A stretch of DNA of 64,000 nucleotides from an uncultured Acidobacteriota bacterium (GTDB lineage: Bacteria > Acidobacteriota > Thermoanaerobaculia > UBA5066 > Gp7-AA6): assembly GCA_963797495.1 (NCBI GenBank), contig CAWCPN010000002.1:1620096-1684095 (forward strand), given 5' to 3'. Positions within the stretch are counted from its first letter, which is position 1, and each line of letters starts with the position of its first letter. The position numbers and the translations under genes were made by a program. The notes below the pieces were generated by a model, which was not told the origin of the DNA, ran no database searches, and saw nothing but the letters and a program-made list of their open reading frames with translations. Shown here in pieces: positions 9,288 through 19,519 of the stretch.

Positions 9288-9897
9288 CGTGACCAGGACG
9301 ATCGACTGCCCGGGAGCGGCCCAGAGCGACCTGACGCTCCAATACCTCGCGGGAAGGCTCCCCGATCGGGAGGCGCGGGCCTTCGAGGCGCACTATTTCG
9401 GCTGCGAGATCTGCGCGGAGGACGTGCGGGTCTCGAGCGAGCTCCGGGACGCCTACGGCAGGCTGGCGGTGGCTCCGGCGACCCCGGCGAGCCGCCCCAC
9501 ACGGACCTGGCTTCCGCTCGCCGCGGCAGCCGCCGTCTGCCTCGCCGCCCTGGGCGTCTGGCAGGCCGGCCGGCGCGCCCCGGTCGAGCCCGAGCCGCCG
9601 GTCGTGCGCGGCAGCGCCACCGCGGAGCTTGCGGTCCGGATCGAAGCCGGGTCGCCGGGGAAGATCAACGTCGCCTGGCCGGCCAACCCCGACGCCTCGA
9701 CCTATGTCGTCCGCGTTCTCTCCCCCGACGCCGTCGAAGTCTGGAAGTCGGAGGTTGGCGAGCCGCGTCTCGAGATCGACCCCGCGATCCTGCCTCCCCC
9801 GGCGGCGGGCTCCTCTCTCCTGGTCCAGGTCGAGGCACTCGACCCGATGCGCCGCGTCGTCGCGACGAGCGAGCCGGCGCCGCTGCCGAAACCGTAA
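9280..9897 (+). CDS. zf-HC2 anti-sigma factor with single TM and periplasmic C-terminal domain
   Basis: HYFGCEICAEDV zinc motif, TM WLPLAAAAAVCLAALGVW. C-terminal domain resembles copy 1 (TYVVRVLSPD...). Start overlaps the sigma stop (ATGGGTGA). Confidence 0.7.
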   Translation: MGDVTRTIDCPGAAQSDLTLQYLAGRLPDREARAFEAHYFGCEICAEDVRVSSELRDAYGRLAVAPATPASRPTRTWLPLAAAAAVCLAALGVWQAGRRAPVEPEPPVVRGSATAELAVRIEAGSPGKINVAWPANPDASTYVVRVLSPDAVEVWKSEVGEPRLEIDPAILPPPAAGSSLLVQVEALDPMRRVVATSEPAPLPKP

Positions 9898-9936
9898 GGC
9901 TTCCTCGGCATCCCTGCGGCCGGGTTCCCGCTGTCG

Positions 9937-11037
9937 CTAGGGTTCGTCCGCCGGCCCGAGGAGTTTCCTGGCCGCGCGCAGCGTATTGACCGTCGCCGGG
10001 TCGCGCTCCATCGCGTGATTCCCGTAGCCCTTCTTGGTCACGTAGTGCACGTCGACCTGGTGATACGGAACACCCGCGGGCAGACGCCTGCCGCGGTACT
10101 CCCAGGTCTCGAGCTCGGCGTCGGTGTCGAGGGCCGTGTCGCCCGGACCTTCGTACTGATACTTCAGGACCTGGATCTTCCCCGCGGTCCGGGCCGCCGA
10201 CAGCGTGCTCGGCCCCTCCGCTGACCGCTTTGCACCCAGAGAACGGGCGACGAACATTCCCGCGTCGTCGTTCCGGTCGACGCCGGCGCGCAGCGGTCGG
10301 CGCGAGGCGTACGCCGGTGGCCCCAGCAGAACGAAGACCATGCCGCGGTCGGTGAGGCTGCCCCGCGGCTCTCCGTCCTGGCCGAAACTCGCGTCCGCGA
10401 ACGCGACGCGGCGCTCGAAGTCCTCGCGAAACGTCAGGCCGTCGGTCCCCGACAGAATCGAACGCGTCTGCCAGAACCGCTCGACGAAGGCCATACGGGC
10501 GTTGGGATCGGTCATGGCCGCCCAGGTCGTCTTTTCTTCGTCGGTCATGATCCACTTGACCGGGCCGTCCGCCCAGTGGCGGTCGACCGGGTCGCGGTCG
10601 GCCGCGTCGGCGGGGGGAGGAAATGTCCGGTAGAGGTCCTCGATCGACGTCGTGCGCTTCGCCATGCGCTTTCGCGCCCTCTCGAACGCATCGACGGCCT
10701 TCCCGGAATGCACCGCCGGGTCGATCACCGCATCCGGCCGGATGCTCAGGAAGGCCTCGAAGTCGGCGAGCGCTTCGTTGTACCGGCCGAGGTTGGCTTC
10801 GCACACACCGCGGTAGAACGGAATCGGCCCCTCGAGATCCTTGCGAGAGTGTTCGAAGCCGGGCCGCGCGGCTTCGATCTGCAGGAGTGCGAGAGTCGTC
10901 ATGCCCTCCGCCCACGATCCGGCGGCGACCTCCCGCTTCACCTGCCGGAACATCTCGGGAAGCGATTGCTGGGCGACCGCGGTCGAGGTGAGCAGAACCG
11001 TGAGAAGGAGGAACGGAGCGAGCGAAAATTTCCGCAT
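9937..11037 (-). CDS. GWxTD domain-containing secreted protein
   Basis: Signal peptide MRKFSLAPFLLLTVLLTSTAVAQ. Motif WAAMTDPNARMAFVERFWQTR and ...GSLTDRGMVFVLLGPP match the GWxTD family signature. Inserted on the opposite strand between the anti-sigma and CHAT genes of cassette 2. Confidence 0.5.
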   Translation of the reverse strand: MRKFSLAPFLLLTVLLTSTAVAQQSLPEMFRQVKREVAAGSWAEGMTTLALLQIEAARPGFEHSRKDLEGPIPFYRGVCEANLGRYNEALADFEAFLSIRPDAVIDPAVHSGKAVDAFERARKRMAKRTTSIEDLYRTFPPPADAADRDPVDRHWADGPVKWIMTDEEKTTWAAMTDPNARMAFVERFWQTRSILSGTDGLTFREDFERRVAFADASFGQDGEPRGSLTDRGMVFVLLGPPAYASRRPLRAGVDRNDDAGMFVARSLGAKRSAEGPSTLSAARTAGKIQVLKYQYEGPGDTALDTDAELETWEYRGRRLPAGVPYHQVDVHYVTKKGYGNHAMERDPATVNTLRAARKLLGPADEP

Positions 11038-11257
11038 GGCGCCTCCTCTCGATTTCGCGACTGTGTCGCGACGACGCCGGAACCGTCAAAATCGTACCGA
11101 GAAACGGCCCGCCGCAGCACAATATCCGCTCGGGAGAGGACTGCGATCGCGCGGCTTTTCGACGCGTAACGTTTGCCCTCGACCGGGAACTGGACAGTCG
11201 TGAGAGGTCTGTCCAGGAGGCCGCCCCACGACGGCGCTCTATGATGGTCGGGGGCCG

Positions 11258-14200
11258 GTGCCAGTGACACGAACCCGCGCAATCGTGGCCTTCTGCGGCC
11301 TGTGGGCCGCGGTCACCGCCCTCTCCTCGCCAGCCGACCCGCCCCCTCTGCAGCACGGTGTCGTCGTGGAGCGCGTGAAGCCCGGCTGGCCGGCCGAATC
11401 GGCCGGCATCCGGCCGGGCGACGTCCTGCTCTCCTGGAGCCGCTCGACCGGTCCTCCCGCGAACCCGTCCCCGGCGGGCGGCGAATTCGTGTCCCCCTCC
11501 GATCTCGCGCGCGTCGAGATCGAGCAGGGCCCGCGCGGGCGCGTCCGGATCCTGGGGCGCCGCGACAATCGGCGCATCACGTTCGATCTGCCGCCGCCCG
11601 GCTGGGGATTGGCGACCCGGCCGAACCTGCGCGAGCCGGGTCTCGCGACGTATCTGGCGGGCGAGGCCGCCGGACCTCGGGCACGGACTCCCCGCTCTGG
11701 CGCGACGCGGCGGCGCGGCTCGCGAGCGCGGGGCGGCACGCGGACGCCGCATGGTTGTACTCGCGAATGGCGGAGGTCGCGGCGCGCGCGGGCGACCGGG
11801 CGTCGGCCCGCGAGGCCTTCACCCTCGCGATTCAGGTAGGCGGCGGACGCGGATGCCTGGTGGGCCCGGGCGAGCCTCCACGACGCCTACGCCGATGCGC
11901 TCGCTCGCTGGAACGAGTTCGCGCTCGCCTCGGAGCAAGCCCGAAGGGCCCTGGATGTCGTCGAGCAGTCGCGCGCCGGAGAGCCTCACGCTCGCATGGG
12001 CCCTCGAACGCCTCGGGCGGATCGCGGAGTCGCGCAACGACCGGACCCGGGCCCGCGAGCTCTACGGCCGCGCCCTCGCCCTGCGGCAGCGGAGCGCCCC
12101 CGGCTCGGTCGCGGTCGCGGCGAGCCTCGACGCCCTCGGACGTCTCGCCGCCGACATGGACTCGGCGGAGGACCTCTACCGACGATCCCTCGCGATCTGG
12201 GAGAGCCAGGCGTCCAAGAGCCTCGGGGCGGCCCGCGACCCTCAACGACCTCGGCGAGCTCGAGTTCCAACGGGGCGATCCGGTCGCCGCCGGCGCGCTT
12301 CACGAGAAGGCCTACTGCGATCCGGCGCAAGCTCGACCCGGACGGGCTGGACCTCGCGTCGAGTCTCCACGGGCTCGGCAACGTCGCGTGGCGGCGGGGC
12401 GACCTGGCGTCGGCCGAGGCCTTTCACCGCCGGGCCCTCGAGATCCGGCAGCGTCTGGCGCCCGATAGCGCCGCCGTCGAGACGAGCCTGAACTCGCTCG
12501 GCAACGTCGCCGGAACCCGGAAGGATCTCGAATCCGCGGAGCGTTTCCATCGCCAGGCGCTGTCGGTCGGGGAGAAGCTCCCGAACGAGCGGGTCGAGGC
12601 GATCCTGCACAACCTCGGGGAGGACGCCCGCCTTCGCGGCGACTTCGACGGCGCCGAGACGTTCCTGCGGCGCGCTCTGGCCCTGCACGACACGCTTCCC
12701 GCCGGCAGCAGCCGCAGCGTCGCGATCGCAAACACTCTCGTCAGCCTGGCGGCGGTCGCCCGGGACCGGGGCGATCTCGCCGAGGCGGAGAACCTCATCC
12801 GGCAGGCGCTCGCGATCCGCGAGACCTACGAGCCCGGGACGCTGCATCTGGCCGAGGACCGGGAGGTGCTCGCGGACGTTCTCCTCGCGCGGAGGCCGGC
12901 TCGCCGAAGCCCGGGACGCCTACGCGCGGATCCTCGCCGTGGCGTCGGTCATCAGCCCGGGCAGCGAGCTCGAGGCCCGGTCCCTCCACGGGCTGGGATC
13001 GATCGAGAGGAGGGAAAACCGCCCGGACCGGGCGGCGGCCGACTTCCGACGGTCGATCGACGCCCTGGAAGCGCAGAAGCGAAAGCTCGGCGGCCCCCCC
13101 GAGGCCCGGGAGCTCTTCTCGGCCGCCTACGCCGACTACTACCGCGGCTACGTCGAGGTCCTCGTCGACCTCGGGAGGGTCGGGGACGCGTTCGAGGTCC
13201 TGGAGCGCTCCCACGCCCGGCTCCTGCTGGCCATGCTCGCGGAACGCGATCTGACGCTGTCCACCGACGTTCCGCCGTCCCTGGAGGCCGAGCGGCGCCA
13301 GGCGGATGGCGCATACGACCGGATGCAGAACGAGATTCTGGCCCTTCCCGCGAGCGAGGTTTCCCGAAGGCGCGAGCTTCTGGACCGCCTCGCCGCTGCT
13401 CCGGACCCGGCGGGACGAGATCATCGAGGGCATCGCGAGGACATCACCCCGCGACGCGTCGCTGCGCTACCCCCGTCCCCTGGACCTCGCGGGCGCGCGC
13501 GCCAGCCTCGATCCGGGAACCCTGATGCTGGCCTACTCGATCGGCCGGGAGACGGCCCTTCTCTTCGCGGTCGAGCCGGCCGAGCGCGAAGGGACCGGGA
13601 GTGACGGTCTTCCGACATCGCTTCCGACTCCGGCACCCTGCGATCCGGCGTCGAGGCGTATCGCCGGCTTCTCAACTTCCGGGGGCCGCCCGGCTCCGAC
13701 CCGCGCAAGAGCCTGGAGGATCGATCGCGGTCCCTCTACGACATCCTGGTCAAGCCGGCGGAGTCCCTGGTCGGCTCGTACGAGCGCGTCCTGATCCTGC
13801 CGGACGGCCCCCTGCACACGCTTCCGTTCGCCGGCCTGGCGCAGGGCCTGCCGGGCGGCGGCTCCCGGTACCTCGTCGAGTGGAAGCCGGTCCACACCGC
13901 GAGTCTCGGCGACGGTCTATGCGGAGCTGAAGAAGAACGCGCCCGGATGCTCGACGCGATCCGGCCGTCATCGTCGCCGCCTTCGGCGACCCGAAATACC
14001 CGAAGCTCCCGAAGCGCCGGGGCGCCGTCGCGCGCGGCGAAGACGGGACCGGGCCCGGCGAGGACGGGCTCATCGAGGAATTCGACGAAGCCGAGGATCC
14101 TCAACTGCGGGCGATCGCGCGCGGCGGGTTCGAGTTCGTTCCGCTGCCGGCCTCGCGCCGGGAGGTGGAGGAGATCGCCAGGCTCTACGCTCCGCGCAGC

Positions 14201-14703
14201 GTGGCGTACCTCGGCTCCGACGCGACGGAGGAAAGGGCCAAGTCGATCGGCAAGGACATTCCGCTGATTCACTACGCGTGCCACGCCTACGTCAACGAGC
14301 TGTTCCCTCTCGACTCGGCCCTCGTCTTCACGATCCCCGACAACCCCCGGAAGAGGCCAGGACAACGGTCTCCTCCAGGCCTGGGAGATCTTCGAAAGGG
14401 TCCGCATCGACGCCGACCTCGTCACCCTCTCCGCGTGCGATTCCGGGCTCGGCCGGGAAATGGGCGGCGAGGGGCTGATCGGCCTGACGCGCGCGTTCCA
14501 GTTCGCCGGCGCCCGATCCGTTCTGGCGTCTCTCTGGAAGGTCGCGGACCAGTCGACGGGCGAGCTGATGAAGCGCTTCTATGGGTACCTCAAGGCCGGC
14601 AAGCCCAAGGACGAGGCCCTGCGCCTGGCCCAGATCGACCTGATCCGCTCGCCCGACTACTCGCGGCCCAGGGACTGGGCTGCGTTCCAGCTCAACGGCG
14701 ACT
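11258..14703 (+). pseudogene. Second PDZ-TPR-CHAT paralog, disrupted by at least 8-10 frameshifts
   Basis: Homologous segments are spread over ORFs 11258, 11751, 11302, 11996, 12939, 13306, the 13616- frame, 14165 and 14460 in rotating frames. Conserved TPR and CHAT motifs are all present (LIHYACHAY, LVTLSACDSGLGREMGGEGLIGLTRAFQFAGARSVLASLWKV). About 50-60% identity to copy 1. Confidence 0.65.
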
Positions 14704-14777
14704 GGAAGTGAGCCGGCCCGAGAGCGGACGCCTCCTCGCGTAGCGCCGGGCCGGGACGGCCGCGCCCCGGCCGGCCC

Positions 14778-14832
14778 TCTCGCGACAATAGACAGGTAGA
14801 GGCTGATGGGGAGGATTAGAATTCCGCCATGA
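14778..14832 (+). promoter_or_regulatory. Second copy of the conserved Uma2 leader with 8-codon uORF (14806..14832, MGRIRIPP) overlapping the Uma2 ATG
   Basis: ctctcgcgacaatagacaggtagaggctgatggggaggattagaattccgccATGA, compared with 946..998. Confidence 0.45.
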
Positions 14833-15383
14833 GCGTGCCGGCGGCGCTGAAGTTCACTTACGCGGACTACGCGCTCCTCCCCGAGGACCGACGCTACGAG
14901 GTCATCGATGGGGAGCTCTTCTTGACGCCGGCGCCGACGCTGTTTCATCAAGCGGTGAAGGGCCGCGTCAAGCACCTCCTGGACGATCGGATCGAGTCGG
15001 CCCGCCTCGGCGTCGTCCTCGACGCGCCGACCGACGTCGTGCTCTCGACCCACGACGTACTGCAGCCCGACATCCTGGTCGTGCTCAACGCGCGCCGGCC
15101 GATCCTCACCGAGAAATTCGTCGCTGGAGCGCCTGACCTCGTCGTGGAGGTCCTGTCTCCATCGACCGAATCCCGCGATCGCGAGTCCAAGGCGAAGCGC
15201 TACGCGGCTTTCGGCGTCCGGGAGATGTGGCTGGTCGACCCGGCGACGAAGACGATCGAGGTGCTCATCAACGCCGGCGATGGATTTCGGCGCGACAGAC
15301 TTTACGCCGAGGCCGACCGGGTCCGTTCGACGATCCTTCCCGGCCTCGGGTTTCCGGCCGCACCGATCTTCCGGCCGATCTGA
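14829..15383 (+). CDS. Uma2 family (DUF820) endonuclease, paralog 2
   Basis: MSVPAALKFTYADYALLPEDRRYEVIDGELFLTP...DLVVEVLSPSTESRDRESKAKRYAAFGVREMWLVDP. Confidence 0.8.
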   Translation: MSVPAALKFTYADYALLPEDRRYEVIDGELFLTPAPTLFHQAVKGRVKHLLDDRIESARLGVVLDAPTDVVLSTHDVLQPDILVVLNARRPILTEKFVAGAPDLVVEVLSPSTESRDRESKAKRYAAFGVREMWLVDPATKTIEVLINAGDGFRRDRLYAEADRVRSTILPGLGFPAAPIFRPI

Positions 15384-15384
15384 C

Positions 15385-16406
15385 CTAGGGGGTTCCGCCC
15401 CGTTTCCCGATCGCCCCTTTCGGCCCGACGGCCCAGCCCGCGCCGTCCGGCGCGAAGGCCGCGGCGTTGTACGGCGTCGCGTCGAGAATCCTCCAAGTCT
15501 TGCCCGCGTCGCGGCTCTCGGCGGTCCCGGCGAGACCGACGGCGACGAGTCGCGGCGCGGTGCCGGGGACGACCGCGACGCCGGAGATAGAAGCCCGTCT
15601 TCGAAAGCGGCGCCGGCGTCCAGGTCGCGCCGCCGTCCTCGGTGCGCGCGCCGTTCAAGTCCGTCGAACTGCGGCTGCTTGTAGTCGCCGCCGGTCACCA
15701 CGCCGCGCTTGCCGTCGAGAAACGCGACGGAGAAGAGACCCGAGGAGGCGTTGTCCGCGGGCACGGGAGTTTCCGCGACGGTCCAGGTCTTTCCGCGGTC
15801 GGCCGTGTGAAAGACGCGCGAGACCTTCGCGCCGCCGGTGACGAACCAGGCGTCGCTTCCGCCCCGGAGCGCGAAGAGACACGTGCCGCTCGCCGCGAAC
15901 GCGCCCTCGCCCTCGAGCGCCGGCGGCATGACCAGGTCCTTCGGGACGTACCACTTGAGGCCGCCGTCGGTCGTCGTGCGCACGCGGAACTTCCCGCCGA
16001 CCGGATCGCCCACGACGATGCCGTTCTTCGCGTCCCAGAAGGCGATCGCGTCGTAGAAGCCGCCCTTCTCGGGGTTCGTGTGAAAGAGCTTCCAGCTCGC
16101 GCCGGCGTCGGTCGACCGATAGATGCCGCGACCGGGCGCCCGGCCCGGCCGCCATCAGGACGAGGACCTCGTCGGAGAGCGATCTCGACGTCGCGGAAGT
16201 CGAGCTCCTCGCCGCCGGCGACGGCGATCTTTTCCCAGCGCTCGCCCGTCCGTCGTGCGAAGCACCGTGCCGCCGGCGCCGCTCGCCCAGGCGTGCTTCG
16301 CGTCGGCGACGGCGAGACCGCGCAGCTCCGCGTCCGAGCCGCTCGGCTGAGGCGTCCACACGGCGACGGCTCCCGCGAGAAGGAGCGCTCCGAGCATTCC
16401 CCCCAT
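15385..16406 (-). CDS. BNR/Ycf48-like (sialidase-type repeat) secreted protein, several frameshifts
   Basis: MGGMLGALLLAGAVAVWT signal. Repeats TTDGG(K/E)RW, YRSTDAGASW, RVRTTTDGGLKWY, HTADRGKTWT, ARTEDGGATWT found across three frames (ORFs 16155-, 15655-, 14328-, 15302-). Start codon overlaps the stop of the upstream TauE gene. Confidence 0.45.
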
Positions 16407-16765
16407 CACTTTCCCCAGAGCAACTTCACGGAAACGACCAGCAGGAACGCGCCGAAGAGGCGGCGCAGCGTCAGGTCCGAGACGGGCTCGACGAGCTTGG
16501 CGCCGAGAAACGCGCCCACGACGAGGCCGGCGGCGATCAGCGCGGAGTACCTCAGGTTGAGCTGCCCGTTCCTCCAGTAGACCCAGGCCGAGAGCGCGCC
16601 CACGGGAAGCAACAGCGCACCGAGCGAGGTGCCGACGGCTTCGTGCTGCTTCATGCCGTACACGATGGCGAGCGCCGGCACGATGATCAGGCCGCCGCCG
16701 ATCCCGAACATGCCCGCGAAAACGCCCGCGAGGGTGCCGAGCAGGAGGAGCCCCAGAGTCTGCAT
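16406..16765 (-). CDS. TauE/SafE (DUF81) family small membrane transporter subunit
   Basis: 119 aa, 4 TM, with GIGGGLIIVPALAIVYG and ...GTSLGALLLPVGALSA motifs. Confidence 0.55.
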   Translation of the reverse strand: MQTLGLLLLGTLAGVFAGMFGIGGGLIIVPALAIVYGMKQHEAVGTSLGALLLPVGALSAWVYWRNGQLNLRYSALIAAGLVVGAFLGAKLVEPVSDLTLRRLFGAFLLVVSVKLLWGK

Positions 16766-16774
16766 GGACGTCTC

Positions 16775-17562
16775 CTAGGGGCCCGGCGCCGGAAACGCCA
16801 GGCCGGTCTCGTGCTCCTCCGTGCCGTCCCGGATCTCCAGCGCCACGTCCGGAGCGTTGCTGGTGATCGACGCGACTCCCGCGGCGAGCAGGGCCCGGAT
16901 GTCCGCGGCCTCGTCGACGGTCCAGGGATGCACCGACAGGTTCGCCGCGGCGGCCTGCGGCGAGCAGCGTCGGGGTGACGAGGTCCTTGCGCGGCGCGAT
17001 CGCGTCGACGGGCGGAAAGAGCGGGGCGGGCTGGCCCGGCGCGGGCAGCGCGACGCCACGGTCGAAGATGTAGCTCGTCGCGATTTCGGGAAATGCCTCG
17101 TGCATCCGCTTCACGAACTCGGCGTCGAACGACCCCACGAGGCAGCGCCGGGTCAGGCCGAAAACGGAAGCCAGCTTCGCCACGCGGCGGGCCATCGTGC
17201 CCATCGCCATCCCGGGCGAGCTCTTGACCTCGACGATGTACCGAAACGTCGTGCCATACCGGTGGAACACCTGCTCGAGCTTCGGAATGCGGTACTCGCC
17301 GAGCTCGGACGGGATGACGAGCTTCTCGATCTCGCGCCAGGTGAAGGTGCGCACCGGCAGCCGCTGCGTGCCGAGAACCACGTCCTCGTCGTGGAAGACG
17401 ACGGCCTCGCCGTCGCGCGTGAGGCGAACGTCGAGCTCGATCGCGTCCGCGCCGAAGGCTCTCGGCGAAGTCGAAGCTCGCAATCGTGTTCTCGCGGGCC
17501 CGCCGCGGGGCGCCGCGGTGGCCGACGATCCAGGTCGGGTGGGGCTCTCTCCAGTCGCTCAT
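16775..17562 (-). CDS. Glycerophosphodiester phosphodiesterase (GDPD) family, two frameshifts
   Basis: N-terminus (HPTWIVGHRGAPRRARENTIASFDFAESL), core (GADAIELDVRLTRDGEAVVFHDEDV) and C-terminus (VHPWTVDEAADIRALLAAGVASITSNAPD) are found in three different frames of ORFs 16687-, 16155- and 16775-. Confidence 0.55.
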
Positions 17563-17670
17563 CGCGCCGGCATTATGCGCGAATCGGCGGCCGAAACCCG
17601 AGGCCACACCGGGTCGGCCCTGCGGCCGTCGTCCCGTGGGGACAAGCCCCGCCCCCGCGACACGCCCGCA

Positions 17671-18377
17671 TCAGGCGCCGGCCGCCGCGATCTCGGCCAG
17701 GACGGAGTCGATCGCGGCCATCGGGTCCGGCGCCGCGGTCACGGGCCGGCCGATGACGAGGATGTCCGCGCCCGCGGCGATCGCGGCGGCGGGCGTCGCG
17801 ATGCGCTTCTGGTCGGCCGCGTCGGCGCCCGCGGGCCGGATCCCGGGAACGACCGTGAGGAAGTCCGGGCCGCAGGCCGAGCGGATGCCGGCCAGGTCCG
17901 TCGCCGAACAGACGACGCCGTCCAGCCGGCATTCCTTCGCGAGCAGCGCCAGGCGCCGCGCGATCGACTCCGGCTCTCCCGCGATGGGAAGGTCCCGCAG
18001 GCCCTTCGCGTCGATCGAAGTCAGGAGCGTGACGGCGACGAGCTTCGCGATGCGCGCCCGCCGCGCGGCCTCCCGCGCCGCCTCGAGCATCGCCCGGCCG
18101 CCCGCGGCGTGGACGTTGACCATCGCGGCCCCGGAGCGCCCGGCCGACGTCACGGCGCCGGCGACCGTCGCCGGAATGTCGTGGAACTTGAGATCGAGGA
18201 AAACGCTCGCGCCCGAGACCGACGCGACTTCCGCGACGAGCGACGGGCCCTCCGCCACGAAGGCCTCGAGGCCGATCTTCAGCCACCCCGCGCGCCCGGC
18301 GAAACGCTTCGCCGCCGCGAGACTTCGGCGCGCGTCGGGAAGTCGAGCGCGATGCAGAGTCGCTCGGAGGCCGTCAT
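17671..18377 (-). CDS. pyrF: Orotidine 5'-phosphate decarboxylase, one frameshift near 18285
   Basis: N-terminus MTASERLCIALDFPT sits in the tail of ORF 18279-; the rest is in ORF 17671..18258 (SVFLDLKFHDIPATVAGAV...ILVIGRPV). Start ATG overlaps the pyrD stop (ATGA). Confidence 0.7.
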
Positions 18378-19321
18378 CCTTCCGCCCCCGCCTCGCCGCC
18401 GACCTTTTCCGCGGCGCGGTGGGCGCGGCCGACCAGCTTCACGACGCTCGTCCCCTTGCGATCGCAGTAGTCCGCGAGCTCGTCCACCAGCCTCCCGGAC
18501 ACGCCCGGGTCCTTGAAGTTGGCGGTGCCGACCTGCACGGCCGTCGCGCCCGCGGCGAGGAACTCGAGCACGTCGGAGAGGTCCGAGATCCCGCCGATTC
18601 CCATGATCGGCACGTCGGGCAGCGCCCGGTGCACCTGGAAGACCATGCGGACCGCGAGGGGGCGGATTGCCGGCCCCGAGAGGCCGCCCGTGCCGAAGGA
18701 CGTGCGCGGCTTCGCCGTCTCCGGATCGATGACCATGCCGACGAACGTGTTCACGAGGGAGAGGATGTCCGCGCCCCCCTCCCGCGCCGCGCGCGCGGAC
18801 TCGACGAGGTCGGGCGCGTTGGGCGAGAGCTTGACGATGAGCGGCCGTTTCGTGGCGGCGCGCACTCTTCCGACGAGCGAGCGCGTCAGCTCCGGCGAGT
18901 TGCCGAAGAGCATGCCGCCGCGCTCGACGTTGGGACAGGAGATGTTGAGCTCGACGGCCGCGATCCCCTCGGCGTCCTCGAGGGCGCGCACGACCGTGAC
19001 GTAGTCCTCCTCGAGATCGCCCCAGACGTTGGCGATGACGGTCGCGCCGAGCGCGGCCAGCTTCGGGAGCTTCTCCTCCAGAAACGCCGCAACGCCCACG
19101 TTCTGCAGACCGATGGCGTTCAGCATCCCGCCCGGCGTCTCGCAGATCCGCGGAGGCGCGTTGCCGGCGTGAGGCTTCAGGGACAGGCCCTTGGTGCAGA
19201 GGCCGCCGATCTTGGCGAGGTCCACGAAGTCGGCGAAGTCGAGGCCGTAGCCGAAGGTGCCCGACGCGGTCGTGATCGGATTCGAAAGCGCGAGCGGGCC
19301 GAGGCGGACGGCGAGGCTCAT
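18374..19321 (-). CDS. pyrD: Dihydroorotate dehydrogenase (class 1B catalytic subunit)
   Basis: LSNPITTASGTFGYG, NISCPNV and GIGGISD motifs. Likely start is MSLAVRLG (19321); the ORF extends to 19360 through the repeat region. Confidence 0.8.
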   Translation of the reverse strand: MSLAVRLGPLALSNPITTASGTFGYGLDFADFVDLAKIGGLCTKGLSLKPHAGNAPPRICETPGGMLNAIGLQNVGVAAFLEEKLPKLAALGATVIANVWGDLEEDYVTVVRALEDAEGIAAVELNISCPNVERGGMLFGNSPELTRSLVGRVRAATKRPLIVKLSPNAPDLVESARAAREGGADILSLVNTFVGMVIDPETAKPRTSFGTGGLSGPAIRPLAVRMVFQVHRALPDVPIMGIGGISDLSDVLEFLAAGATAVQVGTANFKDPGVSGRLVDELADYCDRKGTSVVKLVGRAHRAAEKVGGEAGAEG

Positions 19322-19519
19322 GACGGCATCCCGAGCGCGGCGAGGGATCGCGGACGCCACGCACGCCCTCCCAACACGTCATCCCGAGCGGAGCGAGGGA
19401 TCCCGGGCTCGACAGCTCCGGTGCAGACGGCGCACGGGATCCCTCGTCGCTTCGCTCCTCGGGATGACGCATCGAAGCCACGCTCCTCGGGATGGACCGC
19501 CACGCCTTCGCCTCGCTCC
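19322..19519. repeat. Cluster of 4 REP-like palindromic units (core CATCCCGAGCG-NN-GCGAGGGATC) in direct and inverted orientation
   Basis: 19322-19350 gacggcatcccgagcgcggcgagggatcgcgg. 19376-19407 acgtcatcccgagcggagcgagggatcccggg. Inverted copy 19436-19470 gggatccctcgtcgcttcgctcctcgggatgacgc. Partial 19482-19497. Together they can form a large hairpin between pyrD and pyrK. Confidence 0.5.

Noticed and set aside
9665-11752. 695-aa minus-strand ORF
   Set aside because: Overlaps the anti-sigma 2 gene, the GWxTD gene (in a different frame) and the CHAT pseudogene antisense. Extreme Arg/Gly/Pro composition. The conserved GWxTD protein is in frame 9937..11037.
14328-16013. 561-aa minus-strand ORF
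   Set aside because: Only its N-terminal part (15385..16013) is a real BNR-like segment. The remainder is antisense to Uma2 and the CHAT pseudogene.
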